In this document: one piece after another, positions 18,601 through 29,652 of the stretch
How the letters are laid out: each line of letters begins with the position of its first letter
Numbering within the stretch: the first letter of the stretch is position 1
Assembly: GCA_051747025.1 (NCBI GenBank)
Contig: JBNJFQ010000012.1
Location: forward strand, 1,529-65,528
DNA: 64,000 nt
Direction of reading: 5' to 3'
From: Pseudomonadota bacterium
GTDB lineage: Bacteria; Pseudomonadota; Gammaproteobacteria; Ectothiorhodospirales; Ectothiorhodospiraceae
Made by a program: the position numbers and the translations under genes
The notes under the pieces: model-generated
The model's database searches: none
Told to the model about the DNA's origin: nothing
Seen by the model: only the letters and a program-made list of their open reading frames with translations

Positions 18601-19437
18601 TGATCCGTTCATGATCGCCGGGATCTTTCAGGGTACGTATAGCCCGGTAGCCGGACTGCTGCATTCGTTCCCGCACGCTTTGTCCCTGGTCGAAGCCGTG
18701 TTCCAGCAGGAGCCAGCCGTCCGGTCTCAGGCAGAAGCGGGCCGTATCGATCACCCGGTACAGATCGGCCAGGCCGTGGTGATCGGCGGCCAGCGCGCTG
18801 CGCGGTTCGAAGCGCAGGTCGCCGTGCGTCAGGTGCGGATCGTCCGGGTCGATGTAGGGCGGGTTGCAGGTGATCACGTCAAGGCACGGCACCGGCTCCA
18901 GGGCGTCCAGCCAGTCGCCCTGCCACAGCCGGACCGGCAGCCCCAGTTCGTGTGCGTTGGTCTGCGCTTGCTGCAGGGCCGCGTAGCTGCGATCGCTGGC
19001 GAAGGCCTCGATGCGCGGTCGCTCGCTTTTCAGCGCCAGGATGATGGTGCCGGGGCCGGTACCGAGGTCGAGCACGCGCGGGGTGTCGGTGGTCAGGTGG
19101 TCGATCACGGCCAGGGCCTGTTCCACCAGCAACTCGGTCTCCGGGCGCGGGATCAGGCAGGCAGAGGAGACTCCCAGGTCCAGTGTCCAGAAGCTGCGGC
19201 GGCCGAGGATATGGGCGATCGGCTCGCCGGCGCAGCGGCGCACGCCGAGCTGTTCGGCACGGGCGGCCTGTTCGGGGGTGGCGGGATCGCTGCCGTGCGC
19301 GATCAGGTGTGCGGTATCCAGGCCGGTAGCGGCGCCCAGCAGCATGCGCGCCTCCAGCCCCGGTTGCTCGACACCGGCCCCTTGCAGCCGGGCGCGCAGG
19401 TCCCGCAGCAGGGCATCCAGGGTGGGCGTGGTCGCCA

Positions 19438-19438
<1 letters not shown>
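18584..19438 (-). CDS. prmC: Release-factor glutamine N5-methyltransferase PrmC (HemK)
   Basis: LIPRPETE, LDLGTGPG and the NPPY motif (ITCNPPYI). TAATG overlap with the prfA stop. Confidence 0.92.
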
Positions 19439-20519
<1,081 letters not shown>

Positions 20520-20523
<4 letters not shown>

Positions 20524-21815
20524 GACGGTTTGCCGCCGTGGTCGTCACCGGAGTCGTGTTCCGGATCCGGGAGCTGGAACAGGCGATGAGCCGCCTCCAG
20601 CAGCCGCGTGTCGCCCTCGTGGGCCGCGGTGTTCAGCGACTTGCAGGGGGCGTGCATCAGCTTGTTGGTCAGGGTATGCGCCAGCAGTTGCAGGGCCTCT
20701 TCCGGGGGCTTGCCGGCGCGCAGCATGGCCCGGGCGCGGGCCAGCGATTCGTTGCGCACGCTGTCCGCGCATTCGCGCAGCTGGCGGATGCTGTCGACCG
20801 AATCACGCGCCCGCAACCAGCGCATGAAGTCGCTGGCGCGCTGGGTGATGATCTCCTCGGCTTGTTCCGCGGCGGCCTGACGCGATGCCATGTTCTCGTC
20901 GATGACCTCCTGCAGGTCGTCCACGGTATACAGGTAGATGTCCTCGAGCTGGCCGACCTCCGGTTCGATGTCGCGCGGCACCGCGATGTCCACCATGAAC
21001 ATCGGCTTGTGACGCCGTTTGCGCAGGGCGCGTTCTACCGCGCCCTTGCCCAGGATTGGCAGCGGGGCCGCCGTGGAGCTGATCACGATGTCGGCCTCTG
21101 CCAGCCGCTCCGGCAGGTGGTTGAGACTGATCGCCTCGCCGTCGAAGCGTTCCGCCACCGCCTGCGCGCGCTCCGCGGTGCGGTTGGCAACGATCACGCG
21201 ACCAATGCCATGGCCGGCCAGGTGTTGCAGGGCCAGCTCGATGGTCTCGCCGGCACCGATCACCAGCGCGGTCAGCGGTTTCAGGTCCCCGAAGATCTGG
21301 CGCGCCAGCGACACCGCGGCAAATGCCACCGATACTGCGCTCTGGCCGATTGCCGTCTGGCTGCGGACATCCTTGGCGGTGGAGAACGCGTGCTGGAACA
21401 GGCGTTCCAGCGAGCGGCCCAGGGTGCCGGCATCGTGGGCATGCTGGTAGGCCGTCTTCATCTGCCCCAGGATCTGCGGCTCGCCCAGCACCATGGAATC
21501 GAGTCCGCTGGCTACGCGCAGGGTATGGCGCACCGCGGAGCCGTCGTGGTGCAGATAGAGGTAGGGCTTCAATTCGTCACGGTCGATCCCGTGGTAGCCG
21601 CCCAGCCAGTCCAGTACCCGGTGCTCGCTGTGTGGCCCGCCCTCGCGGAAATAGACCTCGGTGCGGTTGCAGGTGGACAGGATGGCGGTTTCCGGCAACA
21701 GCACACCGGAACGCAGCGAGTGCAGGGCGTCGCCCAGCTCGCCTTCGCTGACCGCCAGCCGCTCGCGAATCGCGACCGGTGCCGTCTTGTGATTGATTCC
21801 GAGTGTAAACAGCAT
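20520..21815 (-). CDS. hemA: Glutamyl-tRNA reductase
   Basis: [31 protein letters not shown] and GAGETIEL. The start is set at ATG 21815 rather than the longer track ORF. Confidence 0.93.
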
Positions 21816-22007
21816 GCCGAAGGGTATTGTGCCGCAAACCGGCGAGGGTAGCCCAATAGTGTACTGTGTCGCGCGGTTCGATACAGTGATGCCGGTGACT
21901 GGGTATTCCTGTCGGGAGTCGAGCGGTGTTTCCCCGGCACTGCCGCAGGGGAACCCGGGCGTCGTGGTCCCGTCCCATTCATATCCATGTTTCAAACCGG
22001 TCCCGAA

Positions 22008-23720
22008 ATGATTCGAAAACTACTGGTTGTCGCGGCCGCCCTGGGTCTGGCCGGCTGCGCGCACAATCCACTCGGTTCGGCCGAGCCGCCGGGTGTCGAT
22101 GCCCCGCGGATGGTGAATGTGTCACAGGCGCGGGATCCCGAGTCCGCGCTGATCTTCAGCATCCTGGCGGCCGAGATCGCCCTGCGCTCGGGCGAGAATG
22201 CCGAGGCCAGCCGTTATTACGGCGCCGCGTCGCTGCTGACCGGCGACCCCGCGATCGCCGAGCGCGCCACACGGATTGCGCTGTTCGCGGATGATCGGCC
22301 CCAGGCACTGCGCTCCGCCGAGCGCTGGTTGCAGCTGGACCCGGAACGCATGGAGGCGGTCCAGATTGCCACGGTGCTGCACATGGATGCTGGCGAGGCG
22401 CAACCGGCGGCCGCGCAGATGGAACGGGTGATCACTCGCCTGCAGGCCGAGGGCACCGACCCCTATCCGGTGCTGGGGAGCCTGGTGGGGCAGGTCGACA
22501 ACCGCGATGGCGCGCTGGCTGCGCTGCGCGAACTGGCCGAGCGACGTCCGGATGACGCGGGGGTGCAGCGCGTCTGGGTCGAGGCCAGTCTGCGTTTCGA
22601 TTCCGCGGATGCGGCCCTCCTGGTGGCGGCGGAGGCCGCCGAACGGTTCCCCGATTCACTGCCATTGAGACTGCTGCATGCCCGCGCACTGGATGCTGCG
22701 GAGCGCACCGGGGAGGCGCTGGATCTGCTGCAGGCCACCGCCGAGGCCCATCCCGACAGCCGCGAGGCGCGTCTGGCCTATGCGCGTGCGCTGGTCGAGG
22801 AGGGCGACCGGGAGACGGTGCGCCGCGAGCTGGATCGCATGCTGGAACGCAGTCCGGATGACGAGCAACTCCTGCTGGCGGTGGCCCTGCTGAGCCTCGA
22901 GGCGGAGCAGCTTGGTCCGGCGCGGGACTACCTCGAACGCCTGGATGCGCTCGGCACCCGTACTGACGAGGTGGCCTACTACCTCGGGCGGCTGCACGAG
23001 CTCGAGGGGGATCCGGCGGGCGCCCGGGCGGCCTACCAGCGTGTGGGGGGCGACGAGCATCAGGCGGATGCCGAGCTGCGGCTGGCACGTCTGACCCTCG
23101 AGCAGGAAGGGCCGGAGGCGGCCCGCGCCGCGTTCGAGCGTTTGCAGCAGGGTGCCGACGACGAACGGGCGCGCCGGGCGTATATCGTCGAAGCGAATGC
23201 ATTGCGCGCGACGGGACGCTATGCGGAGGCGCGAGCGCGCCTGAATCGGGGGCTGATCCAGTTCCCTGGCGATACCGGACTGCTCTACCTGCGCGGCCTG
23301 GTACACGAGCGCGAGGAAAATATCGATCGGGCCGAGACGGATTTTCGCGCGATCCTCGAGCACGATCCCGACAACGTGGCGGCCCTGAATGCACTGGGTT
23401 ACACCCTGGCCGACCGTACCGATCGCTACGAGGAGGCCCTGGAGCTGATCAAGCAGGCCTATGCCCAGGAGCCAAATGATGCCGCCATCATCGACAGCTA
23501 TGGCTGGGTCCTGTATCGCCTCGGGCGTCTGGAAGAGGCCGAGGCGCATCTGCGCCGGGCGTACGGGTTGATGGAAGACGGCGAGATTGCCAGCAATCTC
23601 GCGGTGGTACTGTGGGAGCGCGGTGCGCGCGAGGAGGCCCGCGCGATCCTCGAGTCCGCGCTGGAGCGCGAGCCTCGGCACGAACGCCTGCTCCGCGTGC
23701 GCGACGACCTGTTCGAATGA
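22008..23720 (+). CDS. TPR-repeat lipoprotein (conserved neighbour of lolB)
   Basis: MIRKLLVVAAALGLAGC lipobox and multiple TPR units through the C-terminus (e.g. ALNALGYTLADRTDRYEEALELIKQA). Confidence 0.8.
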   Translation: MIRKLLVVAAALGLAGCAHNPLGSAEPPGVDAPRMVNVSQARDPESALIFSILAAEIALRSGENAEASRYYGAASLLTGDPAIAERATRIALFADDRPQALRSAERWLQLDPERMEAVQIATVLHMDAGEAQPAAAQMERVITRLQAEGTDPYPVLGSLVGQVDNRDGALAALRELAERRPDDAGVQRVWVEASLRFDSADAALLVAAEAAERFPDSLPLRLLHARALDAAERTGEALDLLQATAEAHPDSREARLAYARALVEEGDRETVRRELDRMLERSPDDEQLLLAVALLSLEAEQLGPARDYLERLDALGTRTDEVAYYLGRLHELEGDPAGARAAYQRVGGDEHQADAELRLARLTLEQEGPEAARAAFERLQQGADDERARRAYIVEANALRATGRYAEARARLNRGLIQFPGDTGLLYLRGLVHEREENIDRAETDFRAILEHDPDNVAALNALGYTLADRTDRYEEALELIKQAYAQEPNDAAIIDSYGWVLYRLGRLEEAEAHLRRAYGLMEDGEIASNLAVVLWERGAREEARAILESALEREPRHERLLRVRDDLFE

Positions 23721-24382
23721 TGGCGTGGTGGCGACTTCCGGGTGCCGGTGTACGCTCGGCACCCGGTCTCGGGGTGGCGGTTACGGTATGCCTGGTGTGG
23801 CTGCTGGCGGGTTGTGCCGCACCGATGCCGAAGGTCGATACCGGCCAGGCCGCACGGCTGGCGTTCGAGCAGCGCGTCGCGGTGATCGAGGCGGCAAGCG
23901 CGTGGCGGCTGTCCGCGCGCCTGGGGCTGTCCGCGGAGGACCAACACTGGTCGGCCCAGCTGCACTGGCGGTTTCGGGACGGCCGCCACGTGCTCGACCT
24001 GTCGGGCCCCATGGGGCAGGGTGGCGGGCGCCTGACTCTGGACGGGGTGCAGCCGGCGCTGCTCGAGACGCGTGCGGGTGAACGTCTGCTGGCCGAGGAT
24101 CCGGATGCCCTGGCCGCGCGCCTGACCGGCCGTGAGATGCCGGTGTCGGGGATGATCTACTGGGTGCGCGGTCTGCTCCAGCCGGATGTGGCGCACGATA
24201 TCCAGCTCGATAGCGAGGGGCGGCCGGTGCGTATTACCCAGGCAGGCTGGACCGTCGAGTACGTGGAGTACGAGGAGGTGGACGGGGTCTCGCTGCCGAG
24301 TCGCATCAATATGTGGCGTGACGGGGTGGAACTGAAGGCCCGCCTCCGGGGGTGGCGCCTGGGCGAGGATCATGCCTCGTGA
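23717..24382 (+). CDS. lolB: Outer-membrane lipoprotein LolB
   Basis: Lipobox LLAGC. The W..SARLG / HW.AQL.WR pattern and the position between the TPR gene and ispE both fit LolB. Confidence 0.85.
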   Translation: MMAWWRLPGAGVRSAPGLGVAVTVCLVWLLAGCAAPMPKVDTGQAARLAFEQRVAVIEAASAWRLSARLGLSAEDQHWSAQLHWRFRDGRHVLDLSGPMGQGGGRLTLDGVQPALLETRAGERLLAEDPDALAARLTGREMPVSGMIYWVRGLLQPDVAHDIQLDSEGRPVRITQAGWTVEYVEYEEVDGVSLPSRINMWRDGVELKARLRGWRLGEDHAS

Positions 24383-25269
24383 CTGCATCGGCATCCGGTT
24401 TCGAGCAGGTCTTCCCGGCACCTGCCAAGGTTAATCGTTTCCTGCATGTCACCGGCAGGCGTGCGGATGGCTACCACGAGCTGCAGACGGTGTTCCAGTT
24501 TCTGGGGCTGGCGGACCACCTGCGTTTCGAGCGCCTGCCGCCCGGACGCTTCGAGATGGACGCTCGGGCGGTCGACGGCGAACAGAACCTCTGTCTGCGT
24601 GCGGCCCGGCGCCTGGCGGAATACACCCGCGCCCCGATCGGAGTGCGCATCCAACTGGACAAGCAGATCCCGGTCGGGGGCGGTCTCGGCGGGGGGAGTT
24701 CGGATGCCGCCACCACGCTGGTCGCCCTGAATCGCCTGTTCGGGCTGGGACTTTCGCTGGACGAGTTGTCACGCCTGGGGGTGGGGCTGGGGGCTGACGT
24801 GCCGGTGTTTGTCGCGGCGCGTGCCGCCTGGGCGGAAGGGGTGGGCGAGCGCCTGGTGCCGGTGGAACCGGACCTGGCCTGGTTGCTGCTGGTCGATCCG
24901 GGGGTTGCGGTCGCAACCGGGCCGATGTTCGGCGTACCCCAATTGACACGCGACTGCCCCACCGAGACAATTTCGTCCGAAATCGATTCCGCGCGTTTCG
25001 GGAACGTGTTCGAGCCGGTGGTGCGTGCGCGCTATCCGGCCATCGCGCGGGTGCTCGACTGGCTTGCGGGGCAGTCGGAGCGGACCCGTCTGAGTGGGAG
25101 CGGGGCCTGTGTGTTCGGGATGTTTGCCGACCAGGCAGCGGCCGAGCGGGCGCAGTCCCTGCAGCCGGAGCCCTGGCGCAGCTGGGTGACCCCTTTGCTG
25201 AATGTCTCTCCCCTGCAGAAGTGGTTGCCGGGGCGGGCGGAAAGAAGCAATGAAGTAGTCGGGCCGTAG
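24379..25269 (+). CDS. ispE: 4-diphosphocytidyl-2-C-methyl-D-erythritol kinase
   Basis: FPAPAKVNRFLHVTGRRADGYHEL, and the GHMP ATP loop PVGGGLGGGSSDAA. GTG 24379 (GTGA overlap with lolB) is preferred, with GTG 24352 as an alternative. The last 10 nt, including the TAG stop, lie inside the first tRNA-Gln copy. Confidence 0.9.
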   Translation: MTASASGFEQVFPAPAKVNRFLHVTGRRADGYHELQTVFQFLGLADHLRFERLPPGRFEMDARAVDGEQNLCLRAARRLAEYTRAPIGVRIQLDKQIPVGGGLGGGSSDAATTLVALNRLFGLGLSLDELSRLGVGLGADVPVFVAARAAWAEGVGERLVPVEPDLAWLLLVDPGVAVATGPMFGVPQLTRDCPTETISSEIDSARFGNVFEPVVRARYPAIARVLDWLAGQSERTRLSGSGACVFGMFADQAAAERAQSLQPEPWRSWVTPLLNVSPLQKWLPGRAERSNEVVGP

Positions 25270-25400
25270 CCAAGCGGTAAGGCAGCGGGTTTTGATCCCG
25301 CCATGCGCAGGTTCGACGCGAGCGGCGCAGCCGCGACCGACCGTCGCCGAAGGTGACGGCCCGAAGGGTGGCGCGTAGCGCCATCATCCTGCCGGCCCGG
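25260..25400 (+). pseudogene. tRNA-Gln(UUG)-like copy interrupted by a 69-nt insertion in the T-loop (pseudogene or unusual intervening sequence)
   Basis: 25261-25316 is identical to the first 56 nt after position 1 of the intact tRNA-Gln at 25475. After TTCGA comes 69 nt of GC-rich sequence (25317-25385). Then AT-CCTGC-CGGCCCG restores the T-stem and acceptor 3' strand. Base 1 is C and base 72 is G, a compensated pair versus U1:A72 in the intact copy. No CCA is encoded. Confidence 0.6.
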
Positions 25401-25474
25401 ATCGGCACCGCCGATCCGCGGGATGGACCGGGCACGACGCCGGCCAGGCAGTACAATAGAGTCCAGTGAGTTAT

Positions 25475-25549
25475 TGGGCCGTAGCCAAGCGGTAAGGCAG
25501 CGGGTTTTGATCCCGCCATGCGCAGGTTCGAATCCTGCCGGCCCAGCCA
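25475..25549 (+). tRNA. tRNA-Gln (anticodon UUG), CCA encoded
   Basis: Manual cloverleaf: TGGGCCG-TA-GCC-AAGCGGTAA-GGC-A-GCGGG-TTTTGAT-CCCGC-CATGC-GCAGG-TTCGAAT-CCTGC-CGGCCCA-G-CCA. It closely resembles E. coli tRNA-Gln and sits in the conserved ispE-prs position. Confidence 0.93.
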
Positions 25550-25692
25550 TTCAACCAGGCCCGCGCCGCGTGCGCGGGTCACCAGCTACCAAGACCCCGG
25601 CCCCGTGCCCGGGTCTATACTGGGGCTCGGGCGATATCGCAGCCTGCTCCATTCCACCCAGACCGGACAAAGCCGTGGTCGACAAGAGTCGT

Positions 25693-26631
25693 ATGATGAT
25701 CTTCGCGGGGAACGCGAACCCGCGTCTGGCACAGGGTGTGACCGAACACCTCGGCCTGCCGATGGGGCAGGCGATCGTAGGGCGGTTCAGCGATGGCGAG
25801 GTGCAGGTCGAGATCCTGGAGAATGTGCGCGGTCGCGATGTCTTCCTGATTCAGCCGACCGGTCAGCCGACCAACGAAAACATCATGGAACTGGTGATCA
25901 TGGTGGATGCGCTGCGCCGCGCGTCGGCCGGGCGCATTACCACGGTGATCCCCTATTTCGGCTACGCGCGCCAGGACCGCCGGGTGCGTTCGGCGCGCGT
26001 GCCGATCTCGGCCAAGGTGGTCGCCAACATGATCGAGGCGGTGGGCGCGGATCGCGTGCTGACCATCGACGTGCACGCCGACCAGGTTCAGGGTTTCTTC
26101 AACGTCCCGGTGGACAACATCTACGCCTCGCCGGTGCTGCTGGGCGATGTCTGGCGACATGTCTCGGGCGATCTGACCGTAGTGTCCCCGGATGTCGGCG
26201 GGGTGGTGCGGGCGCGCGCGATTGCCAAGCGTTTGGACGATGCCGACCTGGCGATTATCGACAAGCGCCGCCCGCGCGCCAACGAGTCCGAGGTGATGCA
26301 TATCATCGGCGATGTGCGTGGCAAGTCCTGCATCATCATCGACGACATGGTGGATACTGCCGGTACGCTGTGCCAGGCGGCGAAGGCCCTGAAGGAGCAC
26401 GGGGCGTCCTCGGTAAGTGCCTATGCGACGCACCCCGTGCTTTCCGGTGCGGCAATTGATAATATAAACGGTTCTGCGCTCGACGAGCTGGTGGTGACGG
26501 ACACCCTGGCCCTGCAGCCGAACGCGCAGGCCTGCGAGAAGATTCGTCAGCTGTCGGTCGCAGAGATGCTGGCGGAGACCATCCGCCGGATTAATCTCGA
26601 GGAATCCGTCAGTTCGCTGTTCATGGACTAG
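25693..26631 (+). CDS. prs: Ribose-phosphate pyrophosphokinase
   Basis: [44 protein letters not shown] and DDMVDTAGT. The start is set at 25693, because the track ORF extension crosses the tRNA genes. Confidence 0.95.
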   Translation: MMIFAGNANPRLAQGVTEHLGLPMGQAIVGRFSDGEVQVEILENVRGRDVFLIQPTGQPTNENIMELVIMVDALRRASAGRITTVIPYFGYARQDRRVRSARVPISAKVVANMIEAVGADRVLTIDVHADQVQGFFNVPVDNIYASPVLLGDVWRHVSGDLTVVSPDVGGVVRARAIAKRLDDADLAIIDKRRPRANESEVMHIIGDVRGKSCIIIDDMVDTAGTLCQAAKALKEHGASSVSAYATHPVLSGAAIDNINGSALDELVVTDTLALQPNAQACEKIRQLSVAEMLAETIRRINLEESVSSLFMD

Positions 26632-26714
26632 TCAGTTCGACGGGCCGAAAACGACTTCGGGGAGTTCGCCTCCCCCTTCAGCGCCCCGTCTGGTCGCGGG
26701 CGGGGTGTGTTCAG

Positions 26715-26743
26715 GGCGCTTCGGGTGAAGCGCCTTTCATTTT
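26715..26743 (+). terminator. Intrinsic terminator-like hairpin + U-tract between prs and rplY
   Basis: GGCGCTTC-GGGT-GAAGCGCC (8-bp stem) followed by TTTCATTTT. It ends 1 nt before the rplY Shine-Dalgarno (GGAG at 26744). Confidence 0.6.
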
Positions 26744-26756
26744 GGAGACTGTAGCA

Positions 26757-27458
26757 ATGAGCATGAGCTTTACCATTGAAGCCGAGAAGCGTGACGAACA
26801 GGGTTCGAGTGCGAGCCGCCGCCTGCGTCGCGCCGGCAAGCTGCCTGCCATCCTGTACGGGGCAGACAAGGACGCCGTGGCGATCACCCTGGATCACAAC
26901 GCGATGGTCCACAACCTCAAGGAAGACGCGTTCTACTCGCACATCCTGAGCGTGAAGCTGGCCGGCAAGACCGAGAAGGCGATCCTGCGCGACGTGCAGC
27001 GCCATCCGTTCAAGCCGACCATCTACCACGTCGACCTGATGCGCGTGAGCGCCAACCAGCCGATCCGGGTCAGCGTGCCGCTGCACTTCCACCACGAGGA
27101 AGAGGCCAAGGGTGTCAAGCTGGGCGGCGGCATGGTCAGCCGCATGATCAACGAGCTCGAGGTCGAGTGCCTGCCGGGTGACCTGCCCGAGGCGATCGAT
27201 ATCGACGTGATCGAGATGGATGTTGGCGACACCCTGCACATCTCCGAGCTGAAGCTGCCGGAAGGCGTGCAGAGTGTGGCGCTGATGCATGGCGAGGAAT
27301 ACGACTACGCCGTGGTCAGTATCCTGCTGCCGCGTGCCGCCAAGACCGAGGAAGAAGAGGTCGAGGAAGGCGAGGCCGCGGAGGCCGATGGTGGCGAGGA
27401 AGCCGCCGGTGGCGAGGAGGCCTCCGGCGACGAGTCGGAGGCCGAGGACAAGGAGTAA
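26757..27458 (+). CDS. rplY: 50S ribosomal protein L25 / general stress protein Ctc form
   Basis: [15 protein letters not shown] and [12 protein letters not shown], with a long acidic C-terminal tail. Confidence 0.92.
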   Translation: MSMSFTIEAEKRDEQGSSASRRLRRAGKLPAILYGADKDAVAITLDHNAMVHNLKEDAFYSHILSVKLAGKTEKAILRDVQRHPFKPTIYHVDLMRVSANQPIRVSVPLHFHHEEEAKGVKLGGGMVSRMINELEVECLPGDLPEAIDIDVIEMDVGDTLHISELKLPEGVQSVALMHGEEYDYAVVSILLPRAAKTEEEEVEEGEAAEADGGEEAAGGEEASGDESEAEDKE

Positions 27459-27482
27459 GCCCTGCGGCTTGCCACCTGAACG

Positions 27483-28112
27483 ATGGCGATCCAACCCGAA
27501 CCAATCCGTCTGGTGGTCGGGCTGGGCAATCCGGGCCCGCGTTATGCCGAAACCCGGCATAACGCGGGTTTCTGGTTTGTGGACACCCTGGCCCGCCGGC
27601 ATGGCGCGGAATTCCGCCCCGAGAGCCGTTTCGATGGCGAGGCGGTGCGTCTGGTCCTGCCCGAGGGCGATTGCTGGCTGCTCAAGCCCATGAGCTTCAT
27701 GAACAAGAGTGGCCTGCCGGTGCGCAAGTGCGCCGACTTCTACCGCATCCCGCCCGAGGCCATCCTGATCGTGCATGACGAACTGGATCTCGATCCGGGA
27801 GTGGTTCGGCTGAAGCTGGGTGGCGGGCATGGCGGACACAACGGCCTGCGTGACCTGCACCGGCACATGGGCGGTCCGAACTACGCCCGGCTCCGGGTCG
27901 GGATCGGCCATCCGGGGCATCGCGACGACGTGGTGCCCTTCGTGCTGGATCGCCCCGGAAAGGCCGATACGCAGGCCATCGAGGAGGCCATCGATACGGC
28001 CCTGGACCAGATCCCGGCCCTGGTGGCCGGGCGCTGGGACGAGGCGGTGCGCAATCTGCACGGCGGCGGGTCGAAGGCGGCCGGCCCCAAGAACCCCGAG
28101 GAAGCCCGATGA
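27483..28112 (+). CDS. pth: Peptidyl-tRNA hydrolase
   Basis: [21 protein letters not shown] and [11 protein letters not shown]. Confidence 0.95.
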   Translation: MAIQPEPIRLVVGLGNPGPRYAETRHNAGFWFVDTLARRHGAEFRPESRFDGEAVRLVLPEGDCWLLKPMSFMNKSGLPVRKCADFYRIPPEAILIVHDELDLDPGVVRLKLGGGHGGHNGLRDLHRHMGGPNYARLRVGIGHPGHRDDVVPFVLDRPGKADTQAIEEAIDTALDQIPALVAGRWDEAVRNLHGGGSKAAGPKNPEEAR

Positions 28113-29203
28113 GTCTGAAGTGCGGGATCGTGGGTCTGCCGAATGTCGGCAAGTCCACCCTGTTCAATGCCCTCACGCGCGCGGAGATCGCCGCGGAGAA
28201 CTATCCCTTCTGCACCATCGACCCGAACGTGGGCGTGGTCGAGGTCCCGGATCCGCGGCTGACGCGGCTCGCCGGGATCGTGAAGCCTCAGCGCACGCTG
28301 CCAACCACGGTCGAGTTCGTGGATATCGCTGGTCTGGTCGCGGGCGCCGCCCAGGGCGAGGGGCTGGGGAACCAGTTTCTGGCGCACATCCGCGAGACGG
28401 ATGCGATCGCCCAGGTGGTGCGCTGTTTCGAGGATGACGACATCGTGCACGTGGCCGGCAGGGTCGATCCGCTGGCGGATATCGAGACGATCAGCACCGA
28501 GTTGATGCTGGCGGACCTTGAGACCGTGAACAAAGCGCTTTCCCGGCTGGGGCGGGCGGCCAAGTCGCAGGACAAGACCGCGATCGCCCAGTTGCAGGCG
28601 GCCGAGAAGGTGTCGTCGGGTCTCGATCAGGGTATTCCGGCGCGGGCGCAGGATCTGGACGAGGACGAGCGGCGGGCCCTGTACGACCTACACCTGTTGA
28701 CCCTCAAGCCGGCGATGTACATTGCCAACGTGGACGAGGCCTCGCTGGTCGGGGGCAATGCCATGGTCGAGGCCGTGCAGGCGAAGGCGGCCGAGGAGGG
28801 TGCCGAAGTGGTCAGCGTCTGCGCGGCCATCGAGGCCGAGATTGCAGTGCTGGATCCGGAGGAGCGTACCGAGTTCCTGGCCGATCTGGGCCTCGCGGAG
28901 CCGGGGCTGGACCGGGTGATTCGCACCGCCTACCGTCTGCTGGACCTGCAGACGTTCTTTACCGCGGGCGAGAAGGAGGTGCGGGCCTGGACCGTGCGTC
29001 GTGGCTCCACGGCGCCACAGGCTGCCGGGGCAATCCACACCGATTTCGAGCGTGGCTTCATCCGTGCCGAGGTAGTCGGGTACGACGATTTTGTTGGATA
29101 CAACGGGGAGCAGGGCGCAAAGGATGCCGGAAAATGGCGCCTCGAGGGCAAGGACTACGTCATGCATGAAGGTGACGTGGTGCATTTCCGCTTCAATGTC
29201 TGA
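28109..29203 (+). CDS. ychF: Redox-regulated ATPase YchF
   Basis: [28 protein letters not shown] and the C-terminal TGS-like region. 364 aa. Confidence 0.95.
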   Translation: MSLKCGIVGLPNVGKSTLFNALTRAEIAAENYPFCTIDPNVGVVEVPDPRLTRLAGIVKPQRTLPTTVEFVDIAGLVAGAAQGEGLGNQFLAHIRETDAIAQVVRCFEDDDIVHVAGRVDPLADIETISTELMLADLETVNKALSRLGRAAKSQDKTAIAQLQAAEKVSSGLDQGIPARAQDLDEDERRALYDLHLLTLKPAMYIANVDEASLVGGNAMVEAVQAKAAEEGAEVVSVCAAIEAEIAVLDPEERTEFLADLGLAEPGLDRVIRTAYRLLDLQTFFTAGEKEVRAWTVRRGSTAPQAAGAIHTDFERGFIRAEVVGYDDFVGYNGEQGAKDAGKWRLEGKDYVMHEGDVVHFRFNV

Positions 29204-29278
29204 GTAGTATACTAGGATATCGAGTCAAGCCGGGTTTTGCCCCGGCCCGTCACGGACCCCACTTCAGGAGTATTTTCG

Positions 29279-29608
29279 ATGGACGTAATGGACCGCATCC
29301 GCCAGCAGGTGGAAGAAAACCCGGTGGTGATCTTCATGAAGGGCACGCCCCAGTTCCCGATGTGCGGCTTTTCCAGCCGGGCGGTCGAGGCGCTGAAGCG
29401 CTGTGATCAGGAGTTCGCCTACGTGAACGTGATTGCCGACCAGGAGGTCATGCAGAATCTTCCGCGCTTCGCCGACTGGCCGACCTTCCCGCAGGTCTAT
29501 ATCGACGGCGAACTGGTTGGCGGTTGCGACATCACGCTCGAGATGTTCGAGAACGGCGAATTAAAGAAGATGGTCGACGAAGCCCACGCCAAACGCGCCG
29601 CGAGTTAA
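29279..29608 (+). CDS. grxD: Monothiol glutaredoxin (Grx4 family)
   Basis: CGFS active site (PQFPMCGFSSRAVEAL) and WPTFPQVYIDGELVGGCDI. AGGAG Shine-Dalgarno upstream of ATG 29279. Confidence 0.92.
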   Translation: MDVMDRIRQQVEENPVVIFMKGTPQFPMCGFSSRAVEALKRCDQEFAYVNVIADQEVMQNLPRFADWPTFPQVYIDGELVGGCDITLEMFENGELKKMVDEAHAKRAAS

Positions 29609-29614
29609 AGCACG

Positions 29615-29641
29615 TGGTGCGGCAGCCCGAGGGGCTGCCGC
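29615..29641 (+). terminator. Stable GC hairpin just after grxD (no U-tract)
   Basis: GTGCGGCAGCC-CGAGG-GGCTGCCGCAC, an 11-bp stem starting 7 nt after the stop codon. The lack of a T-run makes terminator function uncertain. Confidence 0.35.
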
Positions 29642-29652
29642 ACACCCTGAAA

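Noticed and set aside
25260-25549. Duplicated tRNA-Gln sequence as attL/attR of an integrated element.
   Set aside because: The duplicated part is the 5' 56 nt plus the 3' 15 nt, not only a 3' segment. Just 74 nt separate the copies, and no integrase or cargo gene is present. Tandem gene duplication plus a small insertion fits better.
25423-25692. N-terminal extension of the prs ORF (and other track ORFs 25032-25582) running across the tRNA-Gln region.
   Set aside because: The extension overlaps a canonical tRNA gene. Prs homology begins at [10 protein letters not shown] (25693).
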